Assembly: GCF_000143415.4 (NCBI RefSeq)
Contig: NW_003314421.1
Coordinates: 6,365-66,405, forward strand
Source of the DNA: Selaginella moellendorffii
Lineage: Eukaryota; Plantae; Lycopodiophyta
Length of the DNA: 60,041 nt
Direction of reading: 5' to 3'
Position 1 is the stretch's first letter. Each line of letters starts with the position of its first letter. A program made the position numbers and the translations under genes. Below are positions 1 through 9,227 of the stretch, piece by piece. The notes under the pieces are model-generated. The model worked only from the letters and a program-made list of their open reading frames with translations. It was not told the DNA's origin and ran no database searches.

Positions 1-458
1 AATATGAGGAGTTGTGACATTTCGCGCGTGTGAGTGTTAGGTTTTGCATTTTGCTCCGTACTCGCGCTCGCGCTCGCACCACACTCGCGCTCGCATCGCG
101 CTCCCACTCGCGATCACGCTCACATTCGCGCCTTCTCTACAGGTTTCTCGTGTGCATCGGCGTCCACTCGCGCTTGCATCACACTCGCGCTCGCATCGCG
201 CTCGTGTGCATCGGCGTCCACTTCAAGACACACCCAGTTTGTAACTTCGCCGCCAACTCCGCCGCCCACTCCGCCACCCACACGCAGCCCACTTGGCGTC
301 CCGGGAGATTTCAGCGCCACTCTCCAACTGTAAGTGGCAGAGTAGCCTTGCTGCTACGATCCGCTGCACACACAGTGCACATTCGCCAGCGAGTCCGGCC
401 TCAATTGTCACGGCCTCCATTCGGCTTCAAATGGTAAGTCTTTTAGGCCAAGTAGAAA

Positions 459-480
459 ATGGCATGAGGCCACATGCCAT
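459..480. repeat. Representative copy of the dispersed 22-bp palindrome ATGGCRTG-N6-CAYGCCAT (about 30 copies per Sola element)
   Basis: ATGGCATGAGGCCACATGCCAT here. Further copies at ~536, 596, 1873, 9300, 9441, 9632, 10846, 10921, 11998, 26801, 27039, 27975, 28011, 28625, 28724, 28952, 28985, 29056, 30900, 30958, 32300, 33178 and elsewhere. Confidence 0.9.
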
Positions 481-3277
481 TCAGTAGCAACATTGGCATG
501 CACCGATTGGGCTCTCGAGTGCAGTCCGGTTACAGATGGCGTGTAGCCTCACGCTATCTTAGGATGCAGCCTCAAGACATCTGATGCAGTGGTGAATGGC
601 GTGTGGCCTCACGTTATTTCCAGCTGCTAGCTTTTCATCTGTCAGCTCTAATTGTTGTGCATTTCTGAACAGGCGAGGAATTGCGTTCTTCTTCCAGCCA
701 CTGTCAATGTGGATGCAGAGAAGGGGGAGGAGCTCACTAGTTGGACTTTCGGGATGGAAGGCGAGGATCTGATGCTGTACAACACAGATGGTGGGAGAAA
801 AGAATGCATGGGGATCCTCATCCAAGTGACAGACACTCCATGCAGTTCCATGCAAGAATATGGACTGGCACTTGTGGTAGAGACAGCGTCCGCCTTCAAG
901 ATCCACCTTGCACATCTTAGCGGCTTCCCGGAGGGGGGCAGCGGCTATGAGGAATTCCTAGAGGGAGCTAGGGAGAGGTTGTCCAGGAGGCCCACAATTT
1001 CAAAGACGCTGCAGGTCTATGAAGATCACATGGAATCCACGGACCTCACCTACGGCGATGTTCAAAAACTATATTCCAACATTGAGCCGTTGAGAGTGCC
1101 TCCAGTTTGCGAAGCGAAGGGGAAGGGGGTCGATCTGGAAACTACCCCGAAGCAGAAAAGGGTGGTCAACCTCAAGCCGACGTCTGACTCTGCTGCTCCA
1201 AAAAAGAAGCTACTCGGTGATGCCATTGCCTCGGGTTCGAACACTACACCCACCAAAAAGAAGAGCCGCAAAGAGCAGAAAGAGCAAGAAGAGGCAGCAA
1301 AAATCGTCGCAGATAATAGTAGTTGTTACTTTTCCAACAAAGTATATACAATCGACGTGAGCCGTATCGACATCCAAAGCAAATACAACCACAGGCTAGT
1401 ATCTGATGAGTGGGTGGAGAAACTGAAGCAGAAGATGCTGGCAAGTCCAGTAACACCCCACATCGCAGACGTGATCCCCTACTACCGAACAATGAAGGGC
1501 GAGACGAGGTTTCCAGACTTGATCAATAGGAAGGTGTTGGACGATCAGAATGTCCGGTTCTATGCCGTCTCCGGGCAGCATTCTAGCTTGGCGATGCAAC
1601 AGATAGTTGTGGATATTATGGTGGGCGAGGAGGTGAAGAAAGTCTTCAAGACAAGAGTTGTCCGCCTGATAAAAGGCAACTCGCCCCTCCGATCTATCAT
1701 ATACATCTCCCACGCGCAGAATGTCAAGCAAAAAACGTGCTACAAATCGGGTCTGCACGAGACATTGGCACGAACACGGAAGCTCTGGGTTCAACTGAAG
1801 AAGCCACAAAAACCAGGACAAGGACGTGCACTAGCAACTAGCGCCTGGCAGGTAAGCCTCCTTGCATGTGGCATAGCATGTGGCCTCACGCCATTTCCAT
1901 TGCAGGAATTCTCGAGTCTTCTCTCGAAAACACTGGGGGTCAATGACACACTCAGCATCCATAACATTCTACTCGCGACAAAAGTTGTTTTTGACAAATG
2001 GGTAGATGTGCTGAGGAAGTACCATGACGGGGAGTTGCTAAACTCAATGGGTGTGGAGGACGGCCGGAAGCCCAATGATTTGAAGCTTAACGCCTTGCGT
2101 TTCTCGCGGTCTCTAGACGACGACGACCTTCTGACAGTGGCTAATGCTCTTCTACGTGGTGAGGTAGTCTTCAACAAGACCAAAATGACTCCCGGCCATA
2201 TTGTGACATACGAGGACTTGTGCACGACTCTGAGAGCTCGTGCACTATTGAAGGATTGGATCTTTGAGCAAGTGGCCGTGGAGAGGGTGAGCATCGACAC
2301 CACGCAAGAGATGATGGAAGAGCTGGACTTGTCAAATGAAGACATCGACGACTACGTGAAGGGGGCCCCCAAGTTCATCGATCTGCTGCGGGATGCCACG
2401 AAAAGTAAAGCTGAGAAGTTGGATCAGTATCCAAATTTCATTAAGAGGGATGTCGACCGCCGGCTTCAGAAACAGCTCGACCCCGCAGCAGAGGCCTATC
2501 GAGAACCTTACTGGGTATACGTGAATTCGGATGAGGATCAAAGGTGGAGGAGCATCGTTTCCCGCGGAGATGAGCAGGTCAAGAACATCTTTTGTGTGAT
2601 GGACTTCACAAATGAGGAGATCACTCATGCAGACGAAGTCAGCTCCATCATTGACTTAATGGTGGGACTTGCGGAGGTGGAATCTTCAGTCCACTATATG
2701 ATCTACGACTCCGAATCCTATCACAAGTTCTGGAAGGCCTTGAACGAGGTGAAGGCTCGGTTGAAAGGCAAGGAGATGCAGGAGATCCATGGTATAATGG
2801 CTAAGAAGAAGATACCGACGAATGTCCGCATCTTCACACTCGCCCTTGTTATTGGTCCTGCAGCAGAGTGGGACTGGAGTGACTTCCCAGCTTCGTTCGA
2901 CAAGGCCGATCGAATTGATCTGAGGGAGGTCAATTTACCCGTGCCTGAGGAACTGAAGACGGCTATGGAGCTTTCGAATCCAAAGAAAGCTCCAGGTGCA
3001 GCATGGGAAATGCTCAGCTGGGTCTTCAACGCAATAGCGGGTGACTCCAAGGGCAAATGCGTTGTCGAGTACAACTGCGGCGGACTATTCTTTCGAGCCG
3101 CACTACTCAAGGGTGTCCCGTGTGTTGCGGTGACAAACTCCATTGAAGAGGTGACTTCAATGGAGCATATAATTACAGTTGCCAAAGAAAAACAATATCT
3201 TCTCTACGAACCTGGTGAGTACGCACTTTAAGTTTAAATGTTATCTCACAAGCTCTGTATGCAGGAGCGTGGCCACC

Positions 3278-3640
3278 TGTACGCCACAAATTTTTCTTTT
3301 CCAATTTGCCAGCCTACCTCGTCTATCTGTCCAACACTGCCTTGGCTTTTGCTAAGTTCCCTCGCCAAGGTTCTCGCCTATGGTACCAGCTCCTACTTGG
3401 TTTCAGCTACTCACTGCACGAGCAATGGAGTGTTAGCCATCCTTCCACGGATTCCCAAATCACTCCCAATCCCCCTCCCCGGGTTAGACTGGACTAAGGT
3501 TCGGCTACACTCCCCGCAAGCACAAGCAGCCAAGCACACCAAGCTTCCAGGTTCCTAACATCCGATGAACTCTTTGTCATTTTGGTCATGCTTTCGGGGT
3601 TCCTTTAGCCTACGACACCTCGGCGAGTTGGTTCCTTACA
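3278..3640 (-). repeat. 3' LTR of gypsy A (short, 363 bp, internally deleted form)
   Basis: TGTACGCC...CCTTACA; matches both ends of the 1147-bp LTR at 39006-40152, joined at CATCC. Confidence 0.9.
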
Positions 3641-4424
3641 ACTCCACCACCCATAGAAGAAGTTCGATGCCCACATCGAACGTCTTGTTTTATCCTACAA
3701 CTTGTTGACCATGTCTCCGGGGGCATCCCCCCACTTAGCGGTGTGCCTAAGTTAGCCTCCCCAGCCAAGAGCTCATGACAACGGAATATAGGTGTCCCTA
3801 TACTCCTCACCTCACCACGCCCTAGTATAGGGTCGGGACTTGAACCCAGCCTTGCTTTACTAGGGGGTTGGGACTCGAACCCAACCTTCGTAGAATACGT
3901 CTACGGATTCGACATCCCCGCAGGGAGTCGGGCGTAGCTCCCTACGCCTGGTCGACCTAGCTAACCCATGCTAATTAGCTTACCTTCGGCGCGCCTTCGG
4001 GTCCCAACATATGCCATTGCTCAACTTCTCAAATTGATACTTTTAATTGAACTTTGCATAAGTACATAGAGTTCTGCCATGCAGAAATTCCTCCACTAGA
4101 TCTCGCGCGTTCGCTAGGTTCTCCTCCGGTTCCCATGTTGCTTCGCAGTGTGGAAATCCTTTCCACTTCACATGGAACTCTCTCACCTCGCGTCCTTGTC
4201 GCTTGCTCTTGCGCGCATTGAGGATGGCCTCGACTTCGTATTCCTCTTCCCCTTGGATAACCTCGGGTAGAGGTCTTACTTGGTCCTTGCGAAGCGGATC
4301 CTCAAAGTACGGCTTGAGTAAGTTCACGTGGAACACTGGGTGCATCTTCCCCATCTCTCGAGGAAGTCGGAGTCGGTAAGCCACTTTACCGATTCGTGCC
4401 TCAATCTTGTAAGGCCCCGCGAAC

Positions 4425-4476
4425 CTGCTTAAGGAACTCAAGATCAATTCATTTACAGGAATACATGCATTTTTAC
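4425..4476 (-). other. 52-nt GT-AG intron in the gypsy A integrase C-terminal (GPY/F) region
   Basis: CAA AG|GTAAAA...TTAAGCAG|G TTC GCG; removal restores KLTQRFAGPY. Confidence 0.8.
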
Positions 4477-4894
4477 CTTTGGGTCAACTTTCGGCTGATC
4501 CCACTTGGTAGCCTGAGGTTCTTGGTGTTCAGCCACACCTTCTCCCCAGCTTGGAACTCCACATCCCGACGCTTTTGGTTCGCATACTTAGTTTGCCTTT
4601 GTTGAGCCCGTTCCAAGGAATCCCTCACTAGATTCCAAATGTTGAGTCTTTCCGCCGTGAATGCCTCCACTGCGGGTAACTCTCCATGATACTCGGCCAC
4701 ACCGAGTTCCACAGGACCTTCAATAGCTCGCCCATTGATGACTTCCCATGGACTCACCCCGATGCTCGAATGTGGTGAGTTGTTATAACACATTTCCGCA
4801 AGTCCCAAATGACTTACCCAGTCGGTCTGGTCTCCCGAGACATAGCATCGCAAATAATCCTCCAGCTGCCTATTCACCCTTTCCGTTTGTCCGT

Positions 4895-4941
4895 CTGTCA
4901 AGAAGTGTTAGTGCCATCAATCTTGACTTAATACCCATTAC
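4895..4941 (-). other. 47-nt GT-AG intron in the gypsy A integrase core
   Basis: ACA G|GTAATG...CACTAAC...TTGACAG|AC GGA; removal restores YHPQTDGQTER. Contains a CTAAC branch-point motif. Confidence 0.85.
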
Positions 4942-7900
4942 CTGTCTGTGGGTGATAGGGTGTGCTGAATTTCAACTTGGTGCGATACTATTCTAGGAGT
5001 GTCCTCCAGAACCTACTAGTGAAGATCTTATCTCGATCTGAGATAATCTCTTCCGGCCTTCCCCGCACTCGAACCACTTGTTCGAAGAACAGCTTCGCCA
5101 CACCTTCCGCATCCACGTCCGTTGTGGTGGGTATGAAATGTGCCATCTTTGAAAATCGGTCCACCACCACGAATATCGCATCAAACCCCTCGCTTGGGGG
5201 TAGTCCCGTGATGAAGTCCATCGTGAGACATTTCCACAGACGATCTGGAATGGGGATGCTTTGCAACAAGCCCCCACTAGCCTTCGTCACGGCTTTGACT
5301 TGCTGACATATTGGGCATGTCTTTACATAGTCTTGGACGTCCTTAGCCATATCTGGCCAATGGTACTTCCTTTTGAGTAAGCCCATCGTCTTGGGCACTC
5401 CGCCGTGTCCCGCGAGAGGTCCGTCATGACACTCTTCCAAGGCTACCTTCCTTAGTTCCCCTTCTGGAACATACACCCTCGTTTGCTTGTAATATATGAG
5501 TCCGTTGCGTTCCGCATAGCCCGTTTTCTCTTCCGTTGGCAGCTCACCTCTCTGGTGAGCTTCCCGCGCCTCCAGATTCCTCAACAACACTTCTTGTGCT
5601 AGACCATCGTTCTCATATGCTGTCCGCACATCGTCCCAGAAGGTTGCTGTTGCGCTGGAGATCGCCAACCTCAAGCTCGCTTTTCGACTTAGCGCATCTG
5701 CCACGATGTTGCTCTTCCCAGGCTTGTACAGAATCTCGCAATCAAACTCGGCCAAGGCATTGGCCCACCGACCTTGTTTCCCTCTCAGGTCGGGTTGTGA
5801 CAAGAAGTGTTTCGTTGCCACATTGTCCGTGTAAACCTTGAAGTGTCTCCCAAGGTAGTGTCGCCACTCCTTGAGCGCCTTGACCACCGCAAACAATTCC
5901 TTCTCATGGGCAGGCCACTTCCGTTGAGCCTTGTCCAGCTTCTTCGAGAAGAACGCTACTGGATGGTTGTCTTGCTTCAAAACTGCGCCCAACGCAAAGT
6001 CCGAAGCATCGGTGTCTACCTCAAAGTCCTTACCAAAGTCTGGTAATGCCAACACCGGAGCCTTCCTCAACTTCCCTTTGAGGTGGACGAATGCCGCCTC
6101 GCATTCCGCTGTCCATACCATCTTCCCTTTTCCTGTTTGATCCGTTAAGGGCAGGGCTACTCTCGAATAGTGTCTGATAAACTTTCGATAGTAGTTGCAT
6201 AGCCTCAGGAACGCCCTCAACTCATGTACATTCGATGGTTGCTCCCATTCCTGGATCGCTTGGACCTTCTCCGGGTCCACTTTGAGCCCGTCCTGGCCCA
6301 CCACATGCCCGAGAAACTTTACCTCTTGTTGAGCAAAGTCACATTTGCTCTCTTTAGCATACAGCTTGTGTTCCCTTAGTTTCTCAAACACCTTCGCCAA
6401 GTGTTCGGCATGCTCCTCTAGCGTCTCGCTATAGATCAGGATGTCGTCAATATAGACGACCACGAAGTGATCCAGATAGGGTACAAAGACGTGGTTCATC
6501 AACGCCGAAAACGTTGCCGGCGCATTGCACAACCCAAAGGGCATCACCAAAAACTCAAAGCTCCCATACCTCGTTCGACAGGTTGTCTTCTCGACATCTT
6601 CCTCAGCTACCCTGATCTGGTAGTATCCTGACCTTAGGTCAATCCTCGAGAAGTATTTTGCCTTTCCCAACCTATCGAACAGGTCCTCAATCCTTGGCAA
6701 AGGGTACTTGTTCTTCTTGGTATACTTGTTGAGCAACCGGTAGTCTATGCACATGCGCATAGATCCATCTTTCTTTTTCACGAATAGCACCGGCGCCCCA
6801 TACGGCGACTTGCTCAACCTAACATACCCTTTGTCCACCAACTCCTCTAGTTGGCTCTTGAGCTCCTTGAGTTCTTTTTCGTTCAATCGATAGGGTGGAC
6901 GAACCACCGCCTCAGCACCCTCGACCAGCTCAATCTTATGTTCTATCGGTCGTGCGGGGGGCAACCCCGCCGGTAGCTCCTCCGGCATGGTATCCTGGAA
7001 TTGGTCCAGCACCTGCTGGATCACTAAAGGTACTTCTTCCGTTCTTGTCTTTTTGTCACTCTTCACTGAGAGTAAGCACAAAAAGGCTGCTTTAGTTCCT
7101 TTAGTGAGTTGTCCTCTCGTGGACACCAGGTTTAAGCATGACTCTTTGGCCTTGCTTTGCCCTACCTTTAGATCCTGGGCCTCCACCCTAGATCTTCTTC
7201 CTTGGGCATTCGCCAATACCACAAGGTTCCTACCTTGTCCATGCAGGGCTACCACGAACCGATTAAACCAATCCATTCCGAAGATCACGTCAAATCCCGC
7301 CATGTCCAAGACGGTGAAATCCATGTCCACTTTCCATGTCCCCACTTCGACTCTCGCTTGTCGAAGTACCTCATCGGTGCTTTGGCTACCCTGAACAAAC
7401 TCTATAGTCCTTGGTTCGCCTAGCCGCTGCACCGTTAGTCCGGCTTGCCGGACTATGTCTGCAGCCACAAAATTATCCGAAGCACCCGTGTCAATAAGGA
7501 TCTTAACAAAACTACCTCCGAGCTTCCCTCGGAGGGCTAGTAGATGTCGCGAACGACTCTCTACCAAAGTTGCTCGTGTAATGAGTAACTTTGAGTTAGG
7601 GACTGGATCACATACCTCAGTTTGGACTTCACCCAACTTGATGGCCATATTGGCTCTGGCCTTCTTCGGGTAGGGACATTCCCTCGAGAAGTGTCCCGCT
7701 TCGCCGCAGTTGTAGCATATGTTGTTTCCCACGCTGCTATACGACTTGACCTTCTTATCCGTGGGTTTGTCTTTTTTCGCTTGACTCCCCCACGTACTCG
7801 CTCGCTGGCCACCAGATTTGCCTTTCCGGAACCCCGAGGACTCATTCTTAGAGAAACTCTTTTTGAATTTCCCCTTGCTATACGTTCCCCTTGGTTTGGC

Positions 7901-8866
7901 CCCTTTGCTAAACGTGGATCCCGACCCCGTCGTGTTCCCCTTTCGCAGATTATCGTTGAAATGCACCTTGATGGCCGCATCCAACGCTTCCTTGTAGTTG
8001 GTCGGGTTCCACCGCATCACCTCACCGCGAGCCCAGGTTTGCAAACCTGATATGAAGGCATGGAACGCATCCATATCCGCCATGTCCGTGACAAGTATCC
8101 TCTTTGCCATGAACCCATTCACATATTCCTGGATGGTTCCAGTCTGCTTTAGCCTACTCAGCTCATCTCTCAGATGCAGAGTGGCATTCGGAGGAACGTA
8201 TGTTGCGCGGATCCTCGCCTTCATCATGTCCCAAGTGGCCACTGGTCCTTCGTTGGCCTCCGTCGTTCTCCACCAAGACTTGGCATTATCTGCCAAGTAT
8301 GGTTTTGCACATGGGACCTTCTCCGAGCTCGGTAATCGCAACGCTCGGAAGTAGTCCTCCATATCGTAAAACCAATCCTCCACCACTTTATAGTCGTTCA
8401 CTCCCTTGAAGACCGGTGGGGGCTTTGGTTTGTACTTGGGAACTGCCTGAGGGACTGATTCTACTTCGGTCTGTTCGACCTTGTCTGGTTTTGCCTCAGT
8501 CCCGGCCGAAAGATCCGCACCTTCTGCGCTGCCAGCATCCGCAGTCTTTTTCTTTTTCTTCCGCCTCTCGTCACGCTTTAGCTTGCGTACGAGAGTTTCC
8601 AGCAAGGCATTGGTCTGTGCCAACTGTCCTTCTAGCACGTCCAATCGAGCCTTGGACGACCGAACCTCGCCACCGGACTCCTATTTGGAAGTTTCCTCAC
8701 TAGAGTCCTCCTCATGCAAGGATTCCTCATCCATAGCCTCTTGTTCGACCGGAGGCTCCAGCTCCGGTGGAGGTTCCGTCTCCGCCTGGGTTCGCTTACG
8801 CCCTGCCCTTGCCATCTCCCAGCAATCCGCCTCTATCCTTCGCTAGAACTGAGATAAAGGCTCCGA

Positions 8867-9227
8867 TAAGGAACCAACTCGCCGAGGTGTCGTAGGCTAA
8901 AGGAACCCCGAAAGCATGACCAAAATGACAAAGAGTTCATCGGATGTTAGGAACCTGGAAGCTTGGTGTGCTTGGCTGCTTGTGCTTGCGGGGAGTGTAG
9001 CTGAACCTTAGTCCAGTCTAACCCGGGGAGGGGGATTGGGAGTGATTTGGGAATCTGTGGAAGGATGGCTAACACTCCATTGCTCGTGCAGTGAGTAGCT
9101 GAAACCAAGTAGGAGCTGGTACCATAGGCGAGAACCTTGGCGAGGGAACTTAGCAAAAGCCAAGGCAGTGTTGGATGGATAGACGAGGTAGGCTGGCAAA
9201 TTGGAAAAGAAAAATTTGTGGCTTACA
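8867..9227 (+). repeat. 5' LTR of gypsy A, present in inverted orientation
   Basis: Reverse complement of 3278-3638. PBS truncated (CTCCGATA|AGGAACC versus intact CTCCGATACCAAAT|TGTAAG at ~38992-39011). Confidence 0.9.

Larger units (their letters stand above)
4043..8815 (-). pseudogene. gag-pol: Gag-Pol polyprotein of gypsy A (CCHC knuckle, DTGA protease, YIDD RT, RNase H, integrase with two introns, chromodomain); nonsense codons at ~8681 and 4988
   Basis: [84 protein letters not shown]. Confidence 0.95.
3278..9227 (-). mobile_element. Ty3/gypsy chromovirus A (family 1), inserted in exon 4 of the cargo gene
   Basis: TG...CA ends. 5-bp TSD CCACC (3273-3277 / 9228-9232), with the empty site visible in copies 2/3. 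Domain order gag-PR-RT-RH-IN-chromodomain. PPT next to 3641. Confidence 0.95.

Noticed and set aside
30-437. Ala/Ser/Arg/His-rich ORFs upstream of the cargo gene (also 25904-26384, 51409-51869)
   Set aside because: They are translations of CpG-rich tandem repeats, and frames differ between copies.
459-617. Clustered palindromic repeats as a CRISPR array or REP elements
   Set aside because: Spacing is irregular, copies are degenerate, the context is eukaryotic and intronic, and there are no cas or RAYT genes.
3559-3605. Hammerhead ribozyme in the LTR (CCGATGA...TTTCG)
   Set aside because: No CUGANGA plus GAAA core on the same strand with the required stems.
3829-3888. tRNA gene or SINE
   Set aside because: Only T-arm hairpins are present; no D-arm, anticodon arm or acceptor stem.
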